From positions 108,351 through 172,350 of the forward strand of contig CALFLK010000025.1 of assembly GCA_937880095.1 (NCBI GenBank): a stretch of 64,000 nucleotides of DNA. Reading direction: 5' to 3'. The notes beneath the pieces are model-generated. The model had not been told where the DNA came from and searched no databases. It saw only the letters and a program-made list of their open reading frames with translations. The position numbers were made by a program, and so were the translations under genes. Shown piece by piece: positions 56,299 through 64,000 of the stretch. The stretch comes from an uncultured Faecalibacterium sp. (GTDB lineage Bacteria > Bacillota > Clostridia > Oscillospirales > Ruminococcaceae). Each line of letters begins with the position of its first letter. Position 1 is the first letter of the stretch.

Positions 56299-56639
56299 GA
56301 AGCAAGGTATCCGCACGCAGACCTTATGCTTCTGGTACGAGCTTGTCGTACTCTCAAGGGCCCTCACGGGCGCTTTTGGTATTTTATGCGTTCAGCCTGC
56401 CGGGGGGATTGGAAATCCTTCTGCTGCTCTCTCCGCGCGATCAGAACAGAGCTGCGGTTGGATTTCCTTTCCTTACCGGGGTGGTACGCGTAAAATCATG
56501 GTTTGACGGTTCGCTCCGCGCGATCAGAATCGAACTGTCATTTTATGCGGCAGGGGGATACAGCGTACTCAGCGGATCCGCGCGATCAGAACCAACCGAG
56601 TTTGCTGTATCAACTGCACACCTTTTGTCCTAAGACAAA
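56299..56639. ncRNA. candidate structured RNA: four tandem stem-loops, three with an identical 15-nt apical-loop motif (strand unresolved)
   Basis: TCCGCGCGATCAGAA occurs at 56432-56446, 56515-56529 and 56577-56591, with a degenerate copy at 56309-56323. Each copy sits in the loop of a hairpin whose stem sequence differs from the others. No credible ORF is present. Confidence 0.45.
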
Positions 56640-59600
56640 TTACTTATACAGGTCAACCAGACGAGTCAGGTGCTCGTAACGTGCCTCAGCAGCCTTCTGG
56701 TTACGATCGAACAGTTCCTGTGCACGATCGGGGAAGGCGCGGCTCAGACGGCTGTAACGAGTCTCAGTTGCCAGGAAGTCCTGGTACTTGTCGTAGCTGC
56801 CGGGCTTGCTGGTCAGGGTGAACGGATTCTTGCCCTGTGCCTTCAGTGCCGGGTTGAAGGTGAACAGGTTCCAGTAACCAGCCTCAACTGCCTTCTTCAT
56901 CTCGTTCTGGCAGTTGGTCATGCCGCCCTTAATACCATGCAGCTCGCAGGGTGCGTAGCCGATGATCAGGGACGGGCCGGGGTAAGCCTCAGCCTCTGCG
57001 ATAGCCTTGACAGCCTGGGTCATGTTAGCGCCCAGAGCGATCTGTGCAACGTAGATGTAGCCGTAGGTCATGCAGATCTCAGACAGGCTCTTCTTGCTGA
57101 TTTCCTTACCAGCAGCAGCGAACTGGCAAACCTCGCCGATGTTGGAAGCCTTGGAAGCCTGTCCACCGGTGTTGGAGTACATCTCGGTATCGAAGACCAT
57201 CACGTTGACGTCCTCACCGGAAGCCAGAACGTGGTCCAGACCGCCGTAACCGATGTCGTATGCCCAGCCGTCGCCACCGAAGATCCAGACGGACTTCTTA
57301 GCGATGTACTGCTTCTCGTTCAGGATTTCCTTAGCCAGAGCGTTGCCGGAAGCTGCCAGCTTCTCCAGCTCAGCAGTGATTGCCTTTGCGGGCTCATCGT
57401 TTGCCTTAGTGTTGTTCTTGGTTGCGATGTACTGCTCATATGCTTCCTTGTAGGATGCGGGAGCAACTGCATCAGCTGCCAGCTCTGCCATACGCTTGAT
57501 CAGGTTCTCACGGATGGTCTTCTGGCCCAGGTACATACCCAGACCGTGCTGTGCGTTATCCTCGAACAGGGAGTTGCACCATGCGGGACCGTGGCCGGAA
57601 TCCTTGTTGACAGTGTAGGGAGAGATTGCTGCGGTACCGCCCCAGATAGAGGAGCAGCCGGTAGCGTTGGAGATGTACATCTTCTCACCGAACAGCTGGG
57701 TGATCAGACGTGCATAGCTGGTCTCGGCACAGCCTGCGCAGGAGCCAGAGAACTCCAGCAGGGGCTGGTTGAACTGAGAACCGATAACAGTGTCATCCGC
57801 AAAGCGAGAAGGCTTCTTGGAGATGTTGGCAACGCAGTAGTCGAAGACTTCCTGCTGATCTGCCTGGCTCTCCTGCGGCTGCATGGTGATAGCCTTGGTG
57901 GGGCAGACGGTGACACATTCGCCACAGCCCATGCAGTCCAGCGGAGAAACTGCCATAACGAACTTGTAGTCGTTAGCAGGCTTGTTGTCGCGGCTGGTGA
58001 TCTGCTTGGGTGCGTTTGCCAGCTCCTCAGCGGTCAGCTGGAAGGGACGGATGGTAGCGTGAGAGCAAACGAAAGCACACTGGTTACAGCCAACGCACTT
58101 CTCTGCGTCCCAAGCGGGAACGGTAACAGCGATACCACGCTTTTCGTAAGCGGATGCGCCCTGCTCCCACTCGCCGTCGGGGTTCTTGCTAAATGCAGAA
58201 ACCGGCAGGCTGTCGCCGTCCATACGAGCGATGGGCTCGGTAACCTCACGGATCTGCTTGACCAGTGCGGGTGCGCCCTCCAGCTCTGCGGGTGCGGGAT
58301 CAGCAGCGGGGTTGGACCACTCTGCGGGGACCTCGACCTTGTGGATAGCTTCCAGACCAGCGTCGATAGCCTTCCAGTTCATCTCGACAACTTCCTGGCC
58401 CTTCTTGCCGTAGGACTTCTCAGCTGCCTTCTTCATGAAGGTAACAGCGTCGTCGATGGGCATGACGTCAGCCAGCTTGAAGAATGCGGACTGCAGGATG
58501 GTATTGGTGCGCTTGCCCATACCGATCTCGATAGCCTTGTCGATAGCGTTGATGGTGTACAGCTGAATGTTGTTGTCAGCGATGTACTTCTTAGCAGCAG
58601 CGTTCAGGTGCTCGCCCAGCTCTTCATCAGTCCACTGGCAGTTAACCATGAAGATACCGCCGGGCTTAACGTCCTGCACCATCTTGATGCCCTGGTTGAT
58701 GTAAGAAGGAGTATGGCAAGCAACGAAGTCAGCCTGGTTGATGTAGTAGGGGCTGTGAATCGGGTTGTCGCCGAAACGCAGGTGGCTGATGGTTACGCCG
58801 CCGGTCTTCTTGGAGTCATACTGGAAGTATGCCTGAACATACTTATCAGTGTGGTCACCGATGATCTTAACGGAGTTCTTATTTGCGCCAACGGTACCGT
58901 CGCCGCCCAGACCCCAGAACTTGCACTCCTTGGTGCCCTTAGCTGCGGTGATGGGTGCGGGCTTGACCTCAGGCAGAGACAGGAAGGTCACGTCGTCGGT
59001 GATGCCCAGGGTGAAACGTGCCTTGGGCTCGTCCTTAGCCAGCTCAGCAAACAGAGCGAAGATAGAGGACGGGGGAGTGTCCTTGCTGCCCAGACCGTAA
59101 CGGCCGCCGGTCAGAACGATGTCGTTCAGGCCAGCCTCACGCAGGGTAGCAGCAACATCCAGGTACAGGGGCTCGCCCAGAGAGCCGGGCTCCTTGGTGC
59201 GGTCCAGAACTGCAACCTTCTTAGCGGTAGCAGGCAGAACCTTCAGCAGGTGCTTTGCAGACCAGGGACGGAACAGGCGAACCTTGATCAGGCCGACCTT
59301 CTCGCCCTTTGCCACCAGGTAATCGATGACTTCCTCTGCGACGTCGCAGATGGAACCCATAGCGATGATGACGCGCTCTGCGTCAGGTGCACCGTGGTAG
59401 TTGAACAGATCGTAGTTGGTACCCAGCTTCTCGTTGATCTTGCCCATGTACTTTTCGACAACTGCGGGCAGAGCATTGTAAGCGGAGTTGCAAGCCTCAC
59501 GATGCTGGAAGAAAACGTCGCCGTTTTCGTGAGAACCACGCATCTTGGGGTGCTCGGGGTTCAGTGCCTTGTTACGGAAGTCCTCAACGGCCTCCATGTT

Positions 59601-60185
59601 GCACATTTCCTTCAGGTCAGCGTAGTCCCACTTTTCGATCTTCTGGTATTCGTGAGAAGTACGGAAACCATCGAAGAAGTTGACGAAGGGTACGCGGCCC
59701 TCGATTGCTGCCAGGTGGGCAACAGGGGACAGGTCCATGACTTCCTGCACGGAGCCTTCAGCCAGCATTGCGAAGCCGGTCTGACGGACAGCCATAACGT
59801 CGCTGTGGTCACCGAAGATGTTCAGGGACTGGGTAGCAACGGTACGTGCGGAAACGTGGAAAACGCTGGGCAGCATTTCGCCGGCGATCTTGTACATGTT
59901 GGGGATCATCAGCAGCAGGCCCTGAGATGCGGTAAAGGTAGTGGTGATAGCACCAGCACCCAGAGAGCCGTGAACGGCACCTGCAGCACCGCCCTCAGAC
60001 TCCATCTCAACAACCTTGACCTGGTTGCCGAAGATGTTCTTCTGGCCGGCAGCAGACCACTGATCACAGAAGTCTGCCATAGGAGAAGACGGGGTAATGG
60101 GATAGATGGCAGCTACGTCGGTAAAGGCGTATGCTACATGAGCAGCAGCAGTATTGCCATCCATGGTTTGCTTTGCTCTAGGCAT
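56640..60185 (-). CDS. nifJ: pyruvate:ferredoxin (flavodoxin) oxidoreductase
   Basis: The roughly 1180-aa single-chain PFOR begins MPRAKQTMDGNTAAAHVAYAF..IYPITPSS. It has an internal 2x[4Fe-4S] segment (CVGCNQCAFVCSH, CMGCGECVTVCP) and a TPP-binding GGDGW motif. The start at 60185 has a GGAGGAAGAACA RBS. Confidence 0.95.
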   Translation of the reverse strand: MPRAKQTMDGNTAAAHVAYAFTDVAAIYPITPSSPMADFCDQWSAAGQKNIFGNQVKVVEMESEGGAAGAVHGSLGAGAITTTFTASQGLLLMIPNMYKIAGEMLPSVFHVSARTVATQSLNIFGDHSDVMAVRQTGFAMLAEGSVQEVMDLSPVAHLAAIEGRVPFVNFFDGFRTSHEYQKIEKWDYADLKEMCNMEAVEDFRNKALNPEHPKMRGSHENGDVFFQHREACNSAYNALPAVVEKYMGKINEKLGTNYDLFNYHGAPDAERVIIAMGSICDVAEEVIDYLVAKGEKVGLIKVRLFRPWSAKHLLKVLPATAKKVAVLDRTKEPGSLGEPLYLDVAATLREAGLNDIVLTGGRYGLGSKDTPPSSIFALFAELAKDEPKARFTLGITDDVTFLSLPEVKPAPITAAKGTKECKFWGLGGDGTVGANKNSVKIIGDHTDKYVQAYFQYDSKKTGGVTISHLRFGDNPIHSPYYINQADFVACHTPSYINQGIKMVQDVKPGGIFMVNCQWTDEELGEHLNAAAKKYIADNNIQLYTINAIDKAIEIGMGKRTNTILQSAFFKLADVMPIDDAVTFMKKAAEKSYGKKGQEVVEMNWKAIDAGLEAIHKVEVPAEWSNPAADPAPAELEGAPALVKQIREVTEPIARMDGDSLPVSAFSKNPDGEWEQGASAYEKRGIAVTVPAWDAEKCVGCNQCAFVCSHATIRPFQLTAEELANAPKQITSRDNKPANDYKFVMAVSPLDCMGCGECVTVCPTKAITMQPQESQADQQEVFDYCVANISKKPSRFADDTVIGSQFNQPLLEFSGSCAGCAETSYARLITQLFGEKMYISNATGCSSIWGGTAAISPYTVNKDSGHGPAWCNSLFEDNAQHGLGMYLGQKTIRENLIKRMAELAADAVAPASYKEAYEQYIATKNNTKANDEPAKAITAELEKLAASGNALAKEILNEKQYIAKKSVWIFGGDGWAYDIGYGGLDHVLASGEDVNVMVFDTEMYSNTGGQASKASNIGEVCQFAAAGKEISKKSLSEICMTYGYIYVAQIALGANMTQAVKAIAEAEAYPGPSLIIGYAPCELHGIKGGMTNCQNEMKKAVEAGYWNLFTFNPALKAQGKNPFTLTSKPGSYDKYQDFLATETRYSRLSRAFPDRAQELFDRNQKAAEARYEHLTRLVDLYK

Positions 60186-60324
60186 TGTTCTTCCTCCATT
60201 TAGATTTTTATTTTTAATATAGTTATGCCTTCTGGGGGAGTTCCCCCGGGAGCCTCCCCCCTGAAAGACCTCATTTTCCCTAAAAAATGGCGCACTTTCA
60301 GTAAAGGCACTTTGGCTTATACCT

Positions 60325-60353
60325 ATTCTAACAAAATGTAGTGCGCTTGTAAA
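60325..60353 (-). promoter_or_regulatory. sigma-70-type promoter for the PFOR gene
   Basis: On the minus strand: TTTACA, 17 nt, TAGAAT. An AT-rich tract-laden region lies upstream. Confidence 0.6.
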
Positions 60354-60715
60354 CGTGCCGTATTCGGAAAAAAGTGACAAGATTTGATGATTAAACCAGA
60401 CAATCTATACAAATCTACAAAAGAAGAATTGTAGCTTTTTTACAGCGCAAGCCTTTTTGAGCATTTTGTATAGTTTCGAGTATTTTTTTCGTCATTACGC
60501 ACATTCTACGGAATTCCCATGCCATGCAGGATACTTTTTTCGGTTCGGTCCGCCCCATTCCAACAAAAAAGAAAAAAGAAGTACATCCGTTCTTTTTTAT
60601 GATTTCGCCCCCGTTTTTCCAATTTTTTTACGACTGAAATCTTTCGGTGGCTTTTTTCGCAGTGATATGCCCAAGATGTTTAGATTGATTTTTGAAATCT
60701 TGTCATTTTCGTCAA

Positions 60716-60744
60716 TTTACAAGACAACGTCAAATCGTTATAAT
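60716..60744 (+). promoter_or_regulatory. near-consensus sigma-70 promoter
   Basis: TTTACA, 17 nt, TATAAT on the plus strand, upstream of the cation antiporter gene. Confidence 0.65.
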
Positions 60745-60754
60745 AATTGAGTTG

Positions 60755-60782
60755 CAGGGCGCTGTGCGCCCTGTGCTTTTTT
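60755..60782 (+). terminator. intrinsic terminator-like hairpin immediately downstream of the promoter
   Basis: The 8-bp stem CAGGGCGC/GCGCCCTG has a TGT loop and is followed by TGCTTTTTT. Confidence 0.65.
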
Positions 60783-60859
60783 ATGTGTTCTTTTTCACTT
60801 AGCTAAGTAAAAAAGAATGCTTGTTCGTCATCACCACAAAACAAACAGGAGGATTTTCT

Positions 60860-61831
60860 ATGCTCATTCCCGTTTTGCTGTTCATCGTCGGCCTGCTGTG
60901 CCTGATCAAAGGCGGCGACTGGTTCGTCGACGGTGCCGTTGGCATTGCCCGCAAGTTTCACCTGCCCGAGCTGCTGATCGGTGCTACCGTCGTTTCCATC
61001 GGCACCACCCTGCCCGAAGTCATGGTTTCCACCACTTCCGCTCTGGGCGGCCATGGTGAAATTGCCTACGGCAACGCAATCGGCTCTATCATCTGCAACA
61101 CTGCACTGATTGCCGCAATCACCATTTCTCTGCGCCCCGGCAAGGTTGACCCCAAGACCCTGAAGACTCCTGTTCTGTTCTTCTTCACCGCAGCTATTTT
61201 CTACTCTGCTGTGGCTTATACCACCGGCTACTTCAGCCGCCCCATCGGTCTGCTGCTGCTGGCTATGTTCGTTGTCTACATGCTCGTCACCGTCAAGCAG
61301 ATGAAGGCAAACCCCACCGCAGCTGCTGAGGACATGGAAGAAGTAGACGACGAAGAGCGCCCTCTGTCCAAGAACCTGATCCTGCTGGTTCTGGGTGCTG
61401 CACTGATCGCTGTCGGCGCTGACCTGCTGGTCGACAACGGCACTCTGATTGCTGAAGCACTGGGCGTGCCCGAATCCGTTATTGCTCTGACCTTCGTCGC
61501 TCTGGGCACCAGCCTGCCTGAGCTGGTCACCGCAATCACCAGCCTGACCAAGGGTCATGGTTCTCTGTCTCTGGGCAACGTCATCGGCGCAAACCTGTTC
61601 AACCTGGTTCTGGTTTCCGGTGTTTCCGTTACTCTGGCACCCTTCGCAATCCCCGCAAACAACATGATCGCAGGCATCAACTCCTCTCTGCTGATCGACA
61701 TTCCTGTCATGCTGTTCGTCATGGCATTCATGACTCTGCCCCCGCTGTTCCGCGGTAAGCTGAGCCGTTTCCAGGGCATCGCTCTGCTGTGCATCTACGC
61801 AGCATTCTGCGTGTTCCAGTTCGTGATGTAA
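60860..61831 (+). CDS. calcium/sodium (CaCA family, YrbG-like) cation antiporter
   Basis: Has two alpha-repeat regions (GATVVSIGTTLPE and ALGTSLPELVTA) in a 10-TM protein. An AGGAGG RBS precedes ATG 60860. Confidence 0.85.
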   Translation: MLIPVLLFIVGLLCLIKGGDWFVDGAVGIARKFHLPELLIGATVVSIGTTLPEVMVSTTSALGGHGEIAYGNAIGSIICNTALIAAITISLRPGKVDPKTLKTPVLFFFTAAIFYSAVAYTTGYFSRPIGLLLLAMFVVYMLVTVKQMKANPTAAAEDMEEVDDEERPLSKNLILLVLGAALIAVGADLLVDNGTLIAEALGVPESVIALTFVALGTSLPELVTAITSLTKGHGSLSLGNVIGANLFNLVLVSGVSVTLAPFAIPANNMIAGINSSLLIDIPVMLFVMAFMTLPPLFRGKLSRFQGIALLCIYAAFCVFQFVM

Positions 61832-61855
61832 TCGCTCTGCACAAAACGCATTTCT

Positions 61856-61888
61856 GCACCCGCCGAAGCCGGCGGGTGCTTTTTATTT
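61856..61888 (+). terminator. intrinsic terminator
   Basis: Stem GCACCCGCCG/CGGCGGGTGC is followed by T5. Confidence 0.85.
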
Positions 61889-61975
61889 TGCCTGCGCTTG
61901 ACGCACTCTACCCAGGCGGCTACAATATAGAACGTACCAAACAACACCAAAAAATCAGAAAAGGAGCGATGCAGC

Positions 61976-62530
61976 TTGACTACTCATCACTACACCGAAG
62001 ACAAGCTCTCCAGTGAGGAAATCTTCCACGGACGCATCTTTACCGTTACCCGCGATAAGGTCTGTTTGGAAGATGGACGTGAGCGTTCCCGCGAGGTCGT
62101 CCACCACCACGGTGGCGCCTGCATTCTGCCGCTGTTTGACGACGGCACCATCTGCCTGGTGCGCCAGTACCGCTATGCCATGCAGGAGGAACTGTGGGAG
62201 CTGCCCGCCGGCAAGCTGGAATTGAACGAAGACCCCTTTGAAGCCGCCAAGCGTGAGCTGGAAGAAGAATGCGGTCTGGTCGCAGACAACTTCATCTCTC
62301 TGGGCGAATTTTACCCCACTGTTGGTTACTGCACCGAAGTGATCTATTGCTGGATTGCCACCGGTCTGCACGAAACCCAGATGCATCTGGACGACGGCGA
62401 ATTTTTGACACCGGAACGTGTACCGTTGGACGAAGCCATTGCCATGGTGATGGACGGCCGCATCAAGGACGGCAAAACCGTCGCCGGTATTTTGAAGGCA
62501 CAGTATCTGCGTGCCAACGGCGCACTGTAA
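61976..62530 (+). CDS. NUDIX hydrolase (ADP-ribose pyrophosphatase-like)
   Basis: Has the Nudix box GKLELNEDPFEAAKRELEEECG. The apparent start is a TTG at 61976, 9 nt after AAAAGGAG. The nearby ATG at 61969 is out of frame. Confidence 0.8.
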   Translation: MTTHHYTEDKLSSEEIFHGRIFTVTRDKVCLEDGRERSREVVHHHGGACILPLFDDGTICLVRQYRYAMQEELWELPAGKLELNEDPFEAAKRELEEECGLVADNFISLGEFYPTVGYCTEVIYCWIATGLHETQMHLDDGEFLTPERVPLDEAIAMVMDGRIKDGKTVAGILKAQYLRANGAL

Positions 62531-62563
62531 TGCGCCCACTACTTTGACAAGGATAATAACGTA

Positions 62564-63211
62564 ATGCTCCAAATCGTTTACGAAGATCAGAATATTACCG
62601 TCTGCATCAAGCCCATTGGTTACTCCAGTGAGGACAGCGCTTTTGCACCTTGTGTTCCGGCTCTGCTGCGGGAACACTGGAACAAACCCGATGCTTATGT
62701 GGGTGTGGTACACCGTCTGGACATGGGTGCTTCCGGCCTGATGGTATACGCCCGAACCAAAGCTGCGGCAGCAGCACTGTCCCGCCAGATGACAGACGGC
62801 AGTTTCCGCAAGGAATACCTGTGTGTTTGTGCCGGGGTTCCCCAGCCGGATGTTGGCACCATGGAGGACTGGCTGTTTAAGGACAGCCGTCAGCACAAGG
62901 TGTTCCCGGTTAAGAAGGAACGCAAGGGCGCCAAGAAAGCTCTGCTGGATTACGAAGTTCTGGAAAAGAACGAAGAATCCGCTTTGTGCCGTGTGCAGCT
63001 GCACACCGGACGCACCCATCAAATCCGTGTGCAGTTCGCCAGCCGCCGTCATCCCTTGTATGGTGACGGAAAATACGGCAGCCGCATCAAATGCGCGTTA
63101 GGTCTTTGGTGTGCCCGACTGGAATTCACCCTGCCGGGGGAAGATCAGCCCCGCATTTTCTTTCAGGAACCGCCTGCTGCGGGTGCGTTTGAACCGTTCT
63201 TTCCGGAATGA
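62564..63211 (+). CDS. RluA-family pseudouridine synthase
   Basis: Has the HRLD catalytic motif (VVHRLDMGASG) and a later HQIR motif. Confidence 0.85.
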   Translation: MLQIVYEDQNITVCIKPIGYSSEDSAFAPCVPALLREHWNKPDAYVGVVHRLDMGASGLMVYARTKAAAAALSRQMTDGSFRKEYLCVCAGVPQPDVGTMEDWLFKDSRQHKVFPVKKERKGAKKALLDYEVLEKNEESALCRVQLHTGRTHQIRVQFASRRHPLYGDGKYGSRIKCALGLWCARLEFTLPGEDQPRIFFQEPPAAGAFEPFFPE

Positions 63212-63246
63212 TCCCATGTGTGTTTTTCGCCGCACTGCGAATGCAT

Positions 63247-63286
63247 AAAAAAATGCCGACTGCGTCATGCAGTCGGCATTTTTATT
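63247..63286. terminator. bidirectional intrinsic terminator
   Basis: An 11-bp stem ATGCCGACTGC/GCAGTCGGCAT is flanked by A7 and T4. Confidence 0.85.
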
Positions 63287-63295
63287 TGTTTCAGA

Positions 63296-64000
63296 TCACC
63301 CGTTCAGGGCCTTTTTGCGAGCAGCCAAGATGACCTCGCGTGCGTGCACCGCTGTCTTTTTATCCAGCGCCGGCACACCTTTCAGCGGGTAGTCGATACC
63401 CAGCTTTTCATATTTCGCCACGCCCATGGTGTGGTAAGGCAGGACTTCCAGCGCTTTCACGTTGGGCAGCTCTGCCAGCAAGGTTCCCAGTGCGGTCCAT
63501 TCTGCTTCGCTGTCGGTGATACCCGGCACAACAACGTGCCGCACCCACATCGGCTGGTTTTTCGCTGCCAGATAGCGGGCGAAAGCCAGAATGTTATCGC
63601 TGCACTGACCGGTCAGCTCTTTATGAGCTTCGGGTTCTGCGTGCTTGATATCCAGCAAAAACAGATCGGTCACTTCACACAGCGCATCAAAGCGGGCAAC
63701 CTGCGCGGGGTCGTCTGCACGGAAAGTGATACCAGAAGTATCCACACAAGTGTGAATGCCCTGGGCCTTCGCTTTGCGGAACAGCTCCAGCACAAAATCC
63801 ATCTGCAAAAGCGGTTCGCCGCCGGTGCAGGTGATGCCGCCGCGCTTATAAAACGAAGCGTTGCGCGCGTACTGAGTCAGAATCTCGTCTGTCGTCATTT
63901 CGGTACCCAGACCCGGCTGCCAAGTATCGGGATTATGGCAATACTTGCAGCGCATGGGGCATCCCTGCAGGAACACCACAAAGCGCACGCCGGGACCGTC
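63296..64000 (-). CDS. pflA: glycyl-radical enzyme activating protein (pyruvate formate-lyase activase-like); 5' end beyond the window
   Basis: Has the radical-SAM motif FLQGCPMRCKYCHNPDTW. The frame stays open to the window edge (DGPGVRFVVFLQGC), so the true start lies outside the window. Confidence 0.85.
   Translation of the reverse strand, partial: DGPGVRFVVFLQGCPMRCKYCHNPDTWQPGLGTEMTTDEILTQYARNASFYKRGGITCTGGEPLLQMDFVLELFRKAKAQGIHTCVDTSGITFRADDPAQVARFDALCEVTDLFLLDIKHAEPEAHKELTGQCSDNILAFARYLAAKNQPMWVRHVVVPGITDSEAEWTALGTLLAELPNVKALEVLPYHTMGVAKYEKLGIDYPLKGVPALDKKTAVHAREVILAARKKALNG

Noticed and set aside
56432-56591. The three identical 15-nt repeats with variable intervening sequence might be a small CRISPR array.
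   Set aside because: The conserved unit is only about 15-17 nt (CRISPR repeats are typically 23-50 nt). The spacings are unequal (83 and 62 nt). The variable parts base-pair with each other around the repeat, so the repeat forms the hairpin loop rather than the stem. No cas genes or leader are present in the window.
60457-60750. A 97-aa ORF lies in the AT-rich region upstream of the PFOR gene.
   Set aside because: The F/S/Y/K-rich translation is produced by T-tract DNA. There is no RBS and no recognisable fold. The region is better explained as promoter-upstream, curved AT-rich DNA.
1-64000. I searched for mobile elements, prophage remnants, toxin-antitoxin pairs or a defence island.
   Set aside because: No integrase, transposase, recombinase, phage structural, restriction-modification, Cas, or other recognisable defence-type gene was seen on either strand. 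The two tRNA genes have no flanking direct repeats or integrase. Gene content is housekeeping, envelope and transport throughout.

Overview
This window reads as ordinary core chromosome of a GC-rich Firmicute of class Clostridia. The gene content and style resemble Faecalibacterium or other Oscillospiraceae, but that assignment is inference only. I can support about 47 protein genes, most on the minus strand. They include sbcCD, three RND-superfamily or MATE exporters (two with TetR regulators), an ABC-F ATPase, trigger factor, L-serine dehydratase, galE/galM, the holB-ricT-trmN6-rsmI-birA housekeeping cluster, mgtE, a small alarmone synthetase, and pyruvate:ferredoxin oxidoreductase. There are also two tRNAs (Ser-CGA, Arg-ACG), one clear lysine riboswitch, a 55-aa clostridial ferredoxin that the ORF track missed, and many hairpin terminators and near-consensus promoters. 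I found no rRNA, CRISPR array, transposase, integrase, prophage or recognisable defence island. The unexplained signals are non-coding. First, an array of four tandem stem-loops between the PFOR gene and the alarmone synthetase gene; three carry an identical 15-nt loop sequence on stems that differ in sequence, and the fourth carries a degenerate copy. Second, a recurring TTTTCCAC motif (DnaA-box-like). It appears as an exact TTTTCCAC-N16-GTGGAAAA inverted repeat upstream of two promoters, and as a dense 31-bp direct-repeat cluster inside a 686-bp gene-free gap upstream of holB. Third, a long mgtE leader with a terminator-like hairpin that does not look like an M-box. At the protein level, an RND pump carries an approximately 240-aa coiled-coil insertion, and an MMPL transporter is translationally coupled to a GLUG-repeat surface protein. 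All functional calls come from motif and family recognition by eye; no database search was run.
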